A DNA stretch of 64,000 nt from Azolla caroliniana (taxonomy: Eukaryota; Plantae; Polypodiophyta). Location of the stretch: assembly GCA_043228905.1 (NCBI GenBank), contig JBHGNT010000028.1, positions 62,001-126,000 of the forward strand, given 5' to 3'. Positions 40,332-53,800 of this stretch are shown piece after piece; the first letter of the stretch is position 1, and every line of letters begins with the position of its first letter. A program made the position numbers and the translations under genes. The notes under the pieces were generated by a model that did no database searches, was not told where the DNA came from, and was given only the letters and a program-made list of their open reading frames with translations.

Positions 40332-43300
40332 ATGTCTCTCGACATGAGTTTCAAAATCTTGATTTTTTAATTCCATATCATAGCTAGCGTTGTTAGCTTC
40401 GATTCGCATGTTTGAACACAGAAATCCGATATCACACTCGCCAGATATGAACATTTTAATTTACCTAGCAGCTCTTCCCAACTCACTCCTCAAATTTGCT
40501 AATTTCGTCATGTCTCTCGACATGAGTTTCAAAATCTTGATTTTTTAATTCCATATCATAGCTCGCGTTGTTAGCTTCGATTCGCATGTTTGAACACAAA
40601 AATCCGATATCACACTCGCCAGATATGAACATTTTAATTTACCTACTAGCTCTTCCCAACTCACTCCTCAAATTTGGGAATTTCGTCATGTCTCTCGACC
40701 TGAGTTTCAAAATCTGGATTTTCTAATTCCATATCGTAACTAGCGTTGTTAGCTTCGATTTACATGTTTGAACACAAAAATCCGATATCACACGAGCCAG
40801 GTATGATCATTTTAATTTACTCAAGGGCTCTTCTCAACTCCGTCGTCAAGGTTGCTAATTTTTTCATGTCTCTCGACCTGAGTTTCAAAATCTTGATTTT
40901 TTAATTCCATATCATAGCTAGCGTTGTTAGCTTCGATTCGCATGTTTGAACACAAAAAACCGATATCACACGCACCAGATATGAACATTTTAATTTACCT
41001 ACTAGCTCTTCCCAACTCACTCCTCAAATTTGGGAATTTCGTCATATCTCTCGACCTGAGTTTCAAAATCTTGATTTTTTAATTCGAGATCATAGCTAGC
41101 GTTGTTAGCATCGATTCGCATGTTTGAACACAAAAATCCGATATCACACTCGCCAGATATGAACATTTTAATTTACCTACTAGCTCTCCCCAACTCACTC
41201 CTCAAATTTGCTAATTCCGTCATGTCTCTCTACCTGAGTTTCAAAATCTTGATTTTTTAATTCCATATCATAGCTCGCGTTGTTAGCTTCGATTCGCATG
41301 TTTGAACACAAAAATCCGATATCACACTCGCCAGATATGAACATTTTAATTTACCTACTAGCTCTTCCCAACTCACTCCTCAAATTTGGGAATTTCGTCA
41401 TGTCTCTCGACCTGAGTTTCAAAATCTGGATTTTTTAATTCCATATCATAGCTAGCGTTGTTAGCTTCGATTCGCATGTTTGAACACAAAAATCCGATAT
41501 CCCACTCGCCAGATATGAACATTTTAATTTACCTAGTAGCTCTTCCCAACTCACTCCTCAAATTTGGGAATTTCGTCATGTCTCTCGACCTGAGTTTCAA
41601 AATCTTGATTTTTTAATTCCATATCGTAGCTAGCGTTGTTAGCTTCGATTCGCATGTTTGAACACAAAAAACCGATATCACACGCACCAGATATGAACAT
41701 TTTAATTTACCTACTAGCTCTTCCCAACTCACTCCTCAAATTTGGGAATTTCGTCATATCTCTCGACCTGAGTTTCAAAATCTTGATTTTTTAATTCGAG
41801 ATCATAGCTAGCGTTGTTAGCTTCGATTCGCATGTTTGAACACAAAAATCCGATATCACACTCGCCAGATATGAACATTTTAATTTACCTACTAGCTCTC
41901 CCCAACTCACTCCTCAAATTTGCTAATTCCGTCATGTCTCTCGACATGAGTTTCAAAATCTTGATTTTTTAATTCCATATCATAGCTAGCGTTGTTAGCT
42001 TCGATTCGCATGTTTGAACACAGAAATCCGATATCACACTCGCCAGATATGAACATTTTAATTTACCTAGCAGCTCTTCCCAACTCACTCCTCAAATTTG
42101 CTAATTTCGTCATGTCTCTCGACATGAGTTTCAAAATCTTGATTTTTTAATTCCATATCATAGCTCGCGTTGTTAGCTTCGATTCGCATGTTTGAACACA
42201 AAAATCCGATATCACACTCGCCAGATATGAACATTTTAATTTACCTACTAGCTCTTCCCAACTCACTCCTCAAATTTGGGAATTTCGTCATGTCTCTCGA
42301 CCTGAGTTTCAAAATCTGGATTTTCTAATTCCATATCATAACTAGCGTTGTTAGCTTCGATTTACATGTTTGAACACAAAAATCCGATATCACACGAGCC
42401 AGGTATGATCATTTTAATTTACTCAAGGGCTCTTCTCAACTCCGTCGTCAAGGTTGCTAATTTTTTCATGTCTCTCGACCTGAGTTTCAAAATCTTGATT
42501 TTTTAATTCCATATCATAGCTAGCGTTGTTAGCTTCGATTCGCATGTTTGAACACAAAAAACCGATATCACACGCACCAGATATGAACATTTTAATTTAC
42601 CTACTAGCTCTTCCCAACTCACTCCTCAAATTTGGGAATTTCGTCATATCTCTCGACCTGAGTTTCAAAATCTTGATTTTTTAATTCGAGATCATAGCTA
42701 GCGTTGTTAGCATCGATTCGCATGTTTGAACACAAAAATCCGATATCACACTCGCCAGATATGAACATTTTAATTTACCTACTAGCTCTCCCCAACTCAC
42801 TCCTCAAATTTGCTAATTCCGTCATGTCTCTCTACCTGAGTTTCAAAATCTTGATTTTTTAATTCCATATCATAGCTCGCGTTGTTAGCTTCGATTCGCA
42901 TGTTTGAACACAAAAATCCGATATCACACTCGCCAGATATGAACATTTTAATTTACCTACTAGCTCTTCCCAACTCACTCCTCAAATTTGGGAATTTCGT
43001 CATGTCTCTCGACCTGAGTTTCAAAATCTTGATTTTTTAATTCCATATCATAGCTAGCGTTGTTAGCTTCGATTCGCATGTTTGAACACAAAAATCCGAT
43101 ATCCCACTCGCCAGATATGAACATTTTAATTTACCTAGTAGCTCTTCCCAACTCACTCCTCAAATTTGGGAATTTCGTCATGTCTCTCGACCTGAGTTTC
43201 AAAATCTTGATTTTTTAATTCCATATCGTAGCTAGCGTTGTTAGCTTCGATTCGCATGTTTGAACACAAAAAACCGATATCACACGCACCAGATATGAAC

Positions 43301-43535
43301 ATTTTAATTTACCTACTAGCTCTTCCCAACTCACTCCTCAAATTTGGGAATTTCGTCATATCTCTCGACCTGAGTTTCAAAATCTTGATTTTTTAATTCG
43401 AGATCATAGCTAGCGTTGTTAGCTTCGATTCGCATGTTTGAACACAAAAATCCGATATCACACTCGCCAGATATGAACATTTTAATTTACCTACTAGCTC
43501 TCCCCAACTCACTCCTCAAATTTGCTAATTCCGTC
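40332..43535. repeat. Tandem duplication of a 9-monomer unit (1602 bp x2)
   Basis: AGCATCG at 41107 and 42709. TCTCTACC, TTTTCTAATT and TTTTTTCATG repeat at the same offset, 9 x 178. Confidence 0.85.
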
Positions 43536-46500
43536 ATGTCTCTCGACATGAGTTTCAAAATCTTGATTTTTTAATTCCATATCATAGCTAGCGTTGTTAG
43601 CTTCGATTCGCATGTTTGAACACAGAAATCCGATATCACACTCGCCAGATATGAACATTTTAATTTACCTACTAGCTCTCCCCAACTCACTCCTCAAATT
43701 TGCTAATTCCGTCATGTCTCTCGACATGAGTTTCAAAATCTTGATTTTTTAATTCCATATCATAGCTAGCGTTGTTAGCTTCGATTCGCATGTTTGAACA
43801 CAAAAATCCGATATCACACTCGCCAGATATGAACATTTTAATTTACCTAGCAGCTCTTCCCAACTCACTCCTCAAATTTGCTAATTTCGTCATGTCTCTC
43901 GACATGAGTTTCAAAACCTTGATTTTTTAATTCCATGTCATAGCTAGCGTTGTTAGCTTCGATTCGCATGTTTGAACACAGAAATCCGATATCACACTCG
44001 CCAGATATGAACATTTTAATTTACCTACTAGCTCTTCCCAACTCACTCCTCAAATTTGGGAATTTCGTCATGTCTCTCGACCTGAGTTTCAAAATCTGGA
44101 TTTTTTAATTCCATATCGTAACTAGCGTTGTTAGCTTCGATTTACATGTTTGAACACAAAAATCCGATATCACACGAGCCAGGTATGATCATTTTAATTT
44201 ACTCAAGGGCTCTTCTCAACTCCGTCGTCAAGGTTGCTAATTTCTTCATGTCTCTCGACCTGAGTTTCAAAATCTTGATTTTTTAATTCCATATCATAGC
44301 TAGCGTTGTTAGCTTCGATTCGCATGTTTGAACACAAAAATCCGATATCACACTCGCCAGATATGAACATTTTAATTTACCTACTAGCTCTCCCCAACTC
44401 ACTCCTCAAATTTGCTAATTCCGTCATGTCTCTCGACATGAGTTTCAAAATCTTGATTTTTTAATTCCATATCATAGCTAGCGTTGTTAGCTTCGATTTA
44501 CATGTTTGAACACAAAAATCCGATATCACACGAGCCAGGTATGATCATTTTAATTTACTCAAGGGCTCTTCTCAACTCCGTCGTCAAGGTTGCTAATTTT
44601 TTCATGTCTCTCGACCTGAGTTTCAAAATCTTGATTTTTTAATTCCATATCATAGCTAGCGTTAGCTTCGATTCGCATGTTTGAACACAGACATCCGATA
44701 TCACACTCGCCAGATATGAACATTTTAATTTACCTAGCAGCTCTTCCCAACTCACTCCTCAAATTTGCTAATTTCGTCATGTGTCTCGACATGAGTTTCA
44801 AAATCTTGATTTTTTAATTCCATATCATAGCTCGCGTTGTTAGCTTCGATTCGCATGTTTGAACACAAAAATCCGATATCACACTCGCCAGTTATGAACA
44901 TTTTAATTTACCTACTAGCTCTTCCCAACTCCCTCCTCATGTTGCTAATTTCGTCATGTCTCTCGACGTGAGTTTCAAAATCTTGATTTTTTAATGCCAT
45001 ATCATAGCTAACGTTGTTAGCTTCGATTCACATGATTGAACACAAAAATCCGATATCACACTCGCCAGTTATGAACATTTTAATTTACCTACTAGCTCTT
45101 CCCAACTCCCTCCTCATGTTGCTAATTTCGTGATGTCTCTCGACCTGAGTTTCAAAATCTTGATTTTTTAATTCCATATCATAGCTAGCGTTGTCAGCTT
45201 CGATTCGCATGTTTGAACACAAAAATCCGATATCCCACTCGCCAGATATGAACATTTTAATTTACCTCCTAGCTCTTCCCAACTCACTCCTCAAATTTGG
45301 GAATTTCGTCATATCTCTCGACCTGAGTTTCAAAATCTTGATTTTTTAATTCGAGATCATAGCTAGCGTTGTTAGCTTCGATTCGCATGTTTGAACACAA
45401 AAATCCGATATCACACTCGCCAGATATGAACATTTGAATTTACCTACTAGCTCTTCCCAACTCACTCCTCAAATTTGGGAATTTCGTCATGTCTCTCGAC
45501 CTGAGTTTCAAAATCTTGATTTTTTAATTCCATATCGTAGCTAGCGTTGTTAGCTTCGATTCACATCTTTGAACACAAAAATCCGATATCACACGAGCTA
45601 GGTATGATCATTTTAATTTACTCAAGAGCTCTTCCCAACTCCCTCCTCATGTAGCTAATTTTGTCATTTCTCTCGACCTGAGTTTCAAAATCTTGATTTT
45701 TTAATTCCATATCATAGCTAGCGTTGTTAGCTTCGATTCGCATGTTTGAACACAAAAATCCGATATCCCACTCGCCAGATATGAAGATTTTAATTTACCT
45801 ACTAGCTCTTCGCAACTCACTCCTCAAATTTGGGAATTTCGTCATGTCTCTCGACCTGAGTTTCAAAATTTTGATTTTTTAATTCCATATCATAGCTAAC
45901 GTTGTTAGCTTCGATTCACATGATTGAACACAAAAATCCGATATCACACTCGCCAGTTATGAACATTTTAATTTACCTACTAGCTCTTCCCAACTCCCTC
46001 CTCATGTTGCTAATTTTGTCATGTCTCTCTACCTGAGTTTCAAAATCTTGAGTTTTTAATTCCATATCATATCTAGCGTTGTTAGCTTCGATTCGCATGT
46101 TTGAACACAAAAATCCGATATCACACTCGCCAGATATGAACATTTTAATTTACCTACTAGCTCTTCCCAACTCACTCCTCAAATTTGGGAATTTCGTCAT
46201 GTCTCTCGACCTGAGTTTCAAAATCTTGATTTTTTAATTCCATATCGTAACTAGCATTGTTAGCTTCGATTTACATGTTTGAACACAAAAATCCGATATC
46301 ACACGAGCCAGGTATGATCATTTTAATTTACTCAAGGGCTCTTCTCAACTCCCTCGTCAAGGTTGCTAATTTCGTCATGTCTCTCGACCTGAGTTTCAAA
46401 ATCTTGATTTTTTAATTCTATATCCTAGCTAGCATTGTTAGCTTCGATTCGCATGTTTGAGCACAAAAATCCGATATCCCACTCGCCAGATATGAACATT

Positions 46501-47851
46501 TTAATTTACCTCCTAGCTCTTCCCAACTCACTCCTCAAATTTGGGAATTTCGTCATATCTCTCGACCTGAGTTTCAAAATCTTGATTTTTTAATTCGAGA
46601 TCATAGCTAGCGTTGTTAGCTTCGATTCGCATGTTTGAACACAAAAATCCGATATCACACTCGCCAGATATGAACATTTTAATTTACCTACTAGCTCTTC
46701 CCAACTCACTCCTCAAATTTGCTAATTTCGTCATGTCTCTCGACCTGAGTTTCAAAATCTTGAATTTTTAATTCCATATCATAGCTAACATTGTTAGCTT
46801 CGATTCACATGATTGAACACAAAAATCCGATATCACACTCGCCAGTTATGAACATTTTAATTTACCTACTAACTCTTCCCAACTCACTCCTCAAATTTGC
46901 TAATTTCGTCATGTCTCTCGACATGAGTTTCAAAATCTTGATTTTTTAATTCCATATCATAGCTAGCGTTGTTAGCTTCGATTCGCATGTTTGAACACAG
47001 AAATCCGATATCCCACTCGCCAGATATGAACATTTTAATTTACCTAGTAGCTCTTCCCAACTCACTCCTCAAATTTGGGAATTTCGTCATGTCTCTCGAC
47101 CTGAGTTTCAAAATCTTGATTTTTTAATTCCATATCCTAGCTAGCGTTGTTAGCTTCGATTCGCATGTTTGAACACAAAAAACCGATATCACACGCACCA
47201 GATATGAACATTTTAATTTACCTACTAGCTCTTCCCAACTCACTCCTCAAATTTGGGAATTTCGTCATATCTCTCGACCTGAGTTTCAAAATCTTGATTT
47301 TTTAATTCGAGATCATAGCTAGCGTTGTTAGCTTCGATTCGCATGTTTGAACACAAAAATCCGATATCACACTCGCCAGATATGAACATTTTAATTTACC
47401 TACTAGCTCTCCCCAACTCACTCCTCAAATTTGCTAATTCCGTCATGTCTCTCGACATGAGTTTCAAAATCTTGATTTTTTAATTCCATATCATAGCTAA
47501 CATTGTTAGCTTCGATTCACATGATTGAACACAAAAATCCGATATCACACTCGCCAGTTATGAACATTTTAATTTACCTACTAGCTCTTCCCAACTCCCT
47601 CCTAATGTTGCTAATTTCGTCATGTCTCTCGACCTGAGTTTCAAAATCTTGATTTTTTAATTCCATATCATAGCTAGCGTTGTTAGCTTCGATTCGCATG
47701 TTTGAACACAGAAATCCGATATCACACTCGCCAGATATGAACATTTTAATTTACCTACTAGCTCTTCCCAACTCACTCCTCAAATTTGGGAATTTCGTCA
47801 TGTCTCTCGACCTGAGTTTCAAAATCTGGATTTTTTAATTCCATATCGTAA

Positions 47852-50800
47852 CTAGCGTTGTTAGCTTCGATTTACATGTTTGAACACAAAAATCCGATAT
47901 CACACGAGCCAGATATGATCATTTTAATTTACTCAAGGGCTCTTCTCAACTCCGTCGTCAAGGTTGCTAATTTCGTCATGTCTCTCGACCTGAGTTTCAA
48001 AATCTTGATTTTTTAATTCTATATCCTAGCTAGCATTGTTAGCTTCGATTCGCATGTTTGAACACAAAAATCCGATATCCCACTTGCCAGATATGAACAT
48101 TTTAATTTACCTCCTAGCTCTTCCCAACTCACTCCTCAAATTTGGGAATTTCGTCATATCTCTCGACCTGAGTTTCAAAATCTTGATTTTTTAATTCGAG
48201 ATCATAGCTAGCGTTGTTAGCTTCGATTCGCATGTTTGAACACAAAAATCCGATATCACACTCGCCAGATATGAACATTTTAATTTACCTAGTAGCTCTT
48301 CCCAACTCACTCCTCAAATTTGCTAATTTCGTCATGTCTCTCGACATGAGTTTCAAAATCTTGATTTTTTAATTCCATATCATAGCTAGCGTTGTTAGCT
48401 TCGATTCGCATGTTTGAACACAGAAATCCGATATCACACTCGCCAGATATGAACATTTTAATTTACCTAGCAGCTCTTCCCAACTCACTCCTCAAATTTG
48501 CTAATTTCGTCATGTCTCTCGACATGAGTTTCAAAATCTTGATTTTTTAATTCCATATCATAGCTCGCGTTGTTAGCTTCGATTCGCATGTTTGAACACA
48601 AAAATCCGATATCACACTCGCCAGATATGAACATTTTAATTTACCTACTAGCTCTTCCCAACTCACTCCTCAAATTTGGGAATTTCGTCATGTCTCTCGA
48701 CCTGAGTTTCAAAATCTTGATTTTTTAATTCCATATCGTAACTAGCGTTGTTAGCTTCGATTCGCATGTTTGAACACAAAAAACCGATATCACACGAGCC
48801 AGATATGAACATTTTAATTTACCTACTAGCTCTTCCCAACTCACTCCTCAAATTTGGGAATTTCGTCATGTCTCTCGACCTGAGTTTCAAAATCTTGATT
48901 TTCTAATTCGAGATCATAGCTAGCGTTGTTAGCTTCGATTCGCATGTTTGAACACAAAAATCCGATATCACACTCGCCAGATATGAACATTTGAATTTAC
49001 CTACTAGCTCTCCCCAACTCACTCCTCAAATTTGGGAATTTCGTCATGTCTCTCTACCTGAGTTTCAAAATCTTGATTTTTTAATTCCATATCATAGCTC
49101 GCGTTGTTAGCTTCGATTCGCATGTTTGAACACAAAAATCCGATATCACACTCGCCAGATATGAACATTTTAATTTACCTACTAGCTCTTCCCAACTCAC
49201 TCCTCAAATTTGGGAATTTCGTCATGTCTCTCGACCTGAGTTTCAAAATCTTGATTATTTAATTCCATATCCTAGCTAGCGTTGTTAGCTTCGATTCGCA
49301 TGTTTGAACACAAAAATCCGATATCCCACTCGCCAGATATGAACATTTTAATTTACCTACTAGCTCTCCCCAACTCACTCCTCAAATTTGCTAATTCCGT
49401 CATGTCTCTCGACATGAGTTTCAAAATCTTGATTTTTTAATTCCATATCATAGCTAGCGTTGTTAGCTTCGATTCGCATGTTTGAACACAGAAATCCGAT
49501 ATCACACTCGCCAGATATGAACATTTTAATTTACCTAGCAGCTCTTCCCAACTCACTCCTCAAATTTGCTAATTTCGTCATGTCTCTCGACATGAGTTTC
49601 AAAATCTTGATTTTTTAATTCCATATCATAGCTCGCGTTGTTAGCTTCGATTCGCATGTTTGAACACAAAAATCCGATATCACACTCGCCAGATATGAAC
49701 ATTTTAATTTACCTACTAGCTCTTCCCAACTCACTCCTCAAATTTGGGAATTTCGTCATGTCTCTCGACCTGAGTTTCAAAATCTGGATTTTCTAATTCC
49801 ATATCGTAACTAGCGTTGTTAGCTTCGATTTACATGTTTGAACACAAAAATCCGATATCACACGAGCCAGGTATGATCATTTTAATTTACTCAAGGGCTC
49901 TTCTCAACTCCGTCGTCAAGGTTGCTAATTTTTTCATGTCTCTCGACCTGAGTTTCAAAATCTTGATTTTTTAATTCCATATCATAGCTAGCGTTGTTAG
50001 CTTCGATTCGCATGTTTGAACACAAAAAACCGATATCACACGCACCAGATATGAACATTTTAATTTACCTACTAGCTCTTCCCAACTCACTCCTCAAATT
50101 TGGGAATTTCGTCATATCTCTCGACCTGAGTTTCAAAATCTTGATTTTTTAATTCGAGATCATAGCTAGCGTTGTTAGCATCGATTCGCATGTTTGAACA
50201 CAAAAATCCGATATCACACTCGCCAGATATGAACATTTTAATTTACCTACTAGCTCTCCCCAACTCACTCCTCAAATTTGCTAATTCCGTCATGTCTCTC
50301 TACCTGAGTTTCAAAATCTTGATTTTTTAATTCCATATCATAGCTCGCGTTGTTAGCTTCGATTCGCATGTTTGAACACAAAAATCCGATATCACACTCG
50401 CCAGATATGAACATTTTAATTTACCTACTAGCTCTTCCCAACTCACTCCTCAAATTTGGGAATTTCGTCATGTCTCTCGACCTGAGTTTCAAAATCTGGA
50501 TTTTTTAATTCCATATCATAGCTAGCGTTGTTAGCTTCGATTCGCATGTTTGAACACAAAAATCCGATATCCCACTCGCCAGATATGAACATTTTAATTT
50601 ACCTAGTAGCTCTTCCCAACTCACTCCTCAAATTTGGGAATTTCGTCATGTCTCTCGACCTGAGTTTCAAAATCTTGATTTTTTAATTCCATATCGTAGC
50701 TAGCGTTGTTAGCTTCGATTCGCATGTTTGAACACAAAAAACCGATATCACACGCACCAGATATGAACATTTTAATTTACCTACTAGCTCTTCCCAACTC

Positions 50801-53800
50801 ACTCCTCAAATTTGGGAATTTCGTCATATCTCTCGACCTGAGTTTCAAAATCTTGATTTTTTAATTCGAGATCATAGCTAGCGTTGTTAGCTTCGATTCG
50901 CATGTTTGAACACAAAAATCCGATATCACACTCGCCAGATATGAACATTTTAATTTACCTACTAGCTCTCCCCAACTCACTCCTCAAATTTGCTAATTCC
51001 GTCATGTCTCTCGACATGAGTTTCAAAATCTTGATTTTTTAATTCCATATCATAGCTAGCGTTGTTAGCTTCGATTCGCATGTTTGAACACAGAAATCCG
51101 ATATCACACTCGCCAGATATGAACATTTTAATTTACCTACTAGCTCTCCCCAACTCACTCCTCAAATTTGCTAATTCCGTCATGTCTCTCGACATGAGTT
51201 TCAAAATCTTGATTTTTTAATTCCATATCATAGCTAGCGTTGTTAGCTTCGATTCGCATGTTTGAACACAAAAATCCGATATCACACTCGCCAGATATGA
51301 ACATTTTAATTTACCTAGCAGCTCTTCCCAACTCACTCCTCAAATTTGCTAATTTCGTCATGTCTCTCGACATGAGTTTCAAAACCTTGATTTTTTAATT
51401 CCATGTCATAGCTAGCGTTGTTAGCTTCGATTCGCATGTTTGAACACAGAAATCCGATATCACACTCGCCAGATATGAACATTTTAATTTACCTACTAAC
51501 TCTTCCCAACTCACTCCTCAAATTTGGGAATTTCGTCATGTCTCTCGACCTGAGTTTCAAAATCTGGATTTTTTAATTCCATATCGTAACTAGCGTTGTT
51601 AGCTTCGATTTACATGTTTGAACACAAAAATCCGATATCACACGAGCCAGGTATGATCATTTTAATTTACTCAAGGGCTCTTCTCAACTCCGTCGTCAAG
51701 GTTGCTAATTTCTTCATGTCTCTCGACCTGAGTTTCAAAATCTTGATTTTTTAATTCCATATCATAGCTAGCGTTGTTAGCTTCGATTCGCATGTTTGAA
51801 CACAAAAATCCGATATCACACTCGCCAGATATGAACATTTTAATTTACCTACTAGCTCTCCCCAACTCACTCCTCAAATTTGCTAATTCCGTCATGTCTC
51901 TCGACATGAGTTTCAAAATCTTGATTTTTTAATTCCATATCATAGCTAGCGTTGTTAGCTTCGATTTACATGTTTGAACACAAAAATCCGATATCACACG
52001 AGCCAGGTATGATCATTTTAATTTACTCAAGGGCTCTTCTCAACTCCGTCGTCAAGGTTGCTAATTTTTTCATGTCTCTCGACCTGAGTTTCAAAATCTT
52101 GATTTTTTAATTCCATATCATAGCTAGCGTTAGCTTCGATTCGCATGTTTGAACACAGACATCCGATATCACACTCGCCAGATATGAACATTTTAATTTA
52201 CCTAGCAGCTCTTCCCAACTCACTCCTCAAATTTGCTAATTTCGTCATGTGTCTCGACATGAGTTTCAAAATCTTGATTTTTTAATTCCATATCATAGCT
52301 CGCGTTGTTAGCTTCGATTCGCATGTTTGAACACAAAAATCCGATATCACACTCGCCAGTTATGAACATTTTAATTTACCTACTAGCTCTTCCCAACTCC
52401 CTCCTCATGTTGCTAATTTCGTCATGTCTCTCGACGTGAGTTTCAAAATCTTGATTTTTTAATGCCATATCATAGCTAACGTTGTTAGCTTCGATTCACA
52501 TGATTGAACACAAAAATCCGATATCACACTCGCCAGTTATGAACATTTTAATTTACCTACTAGCTCTTCCCAACTCCCTCCTCATGTTGCTAATTTCGTG
52601 ATGTCTCTCGACCTGAGTTTCAAAATCTTGATTTTTTAATTCCATATCATACCTAGCGTTGTCAGCTTCGATTCGCATGTTTGAACACAAAAATCCGATA
52701 TCCCACTCGCCAGATATGAACATTTTAATTTACCTCCTAGCTCTTCCCAACTCACTCCTCAAATTTGGGAATTTCGTCATATCTCTCGACCTGAGTTTCA
52801 AAATCTTGATTTTTTAATTCGAGATCATAGCTAGCGTTGTTAGCTTCGATTCGCATGTTTGAACACAAAAATCCGATATCACACTCGCCAGATATGAACA
52901 TTTGAATTTACCTACTAGCTCTTCCCAACTCACTCCTCAAATTTGGGAATTTCGTCATGTCTCTCGACCTGAGTTTCAAAATCTTGATTTTTTAATTCCA
53001 TATCGTAGCTAGCGTTGTTAGCTTCGATTCACATCTTTGAACACAAAAATCCGATATCACACGAGCTAGGTATGATCATTTTAATTTACTCAAGAGCTCT
53101 TCCCAACTCCCTCCTCATGTAGCTAATTTTGTCATTTCTCTCGACCTGAGTTTCAAAATCTTGATTTTTTAATTCCATATCATAGCTAGCGTTGTTAGCT
53201 TCGATTCGCATGTTTGAACACAAAAATCCGATATCCCACTCGCCAGATATGAAGATTTTAATTTACCTACTAGCTCTTCCCAACTCACTCCTCAAATTTG
53301 GGAATTTCGTCATATCTCTCGACCTGAGTTTCAAAATCTTGATTTTTTAATTCGAGATCATAGCTAGCGTTGTTAGCTTCGATTTACATGTTTGAACACA
53401 AAAATCCGATATCACACGAGCCAGATATGATCATTTTAATTTACTCAAGGGCTCTTCTCAACTCCGTCGTCAAGGTTGCTAATTTCGTCATGTCTCTCGA
53501 CCTGAGTTTCAAAATCTTGATTTTTTAATTCTATATCCTAGCTAGCATTGTTAGCTTCGATTCGCATGTTTGAACACAAAAATCCGATATCCCACTTGCC
53601 AGATATGAACATTTTAATTTACCTCCTAGCTCTTCCCAACTCACTCCTCAAATTTGGGAATTTCGTCATATCTCTCGACCTGAGTTTCAAAATCTTGATT
53701 TTTTAATTCGAGATCATAGCTAGCGTTGTTAGCTTCGATTCGCATGTTTGAACACAAAAATCCGATATCACACTCGCCAGATATGAACATTTTAATTTAC

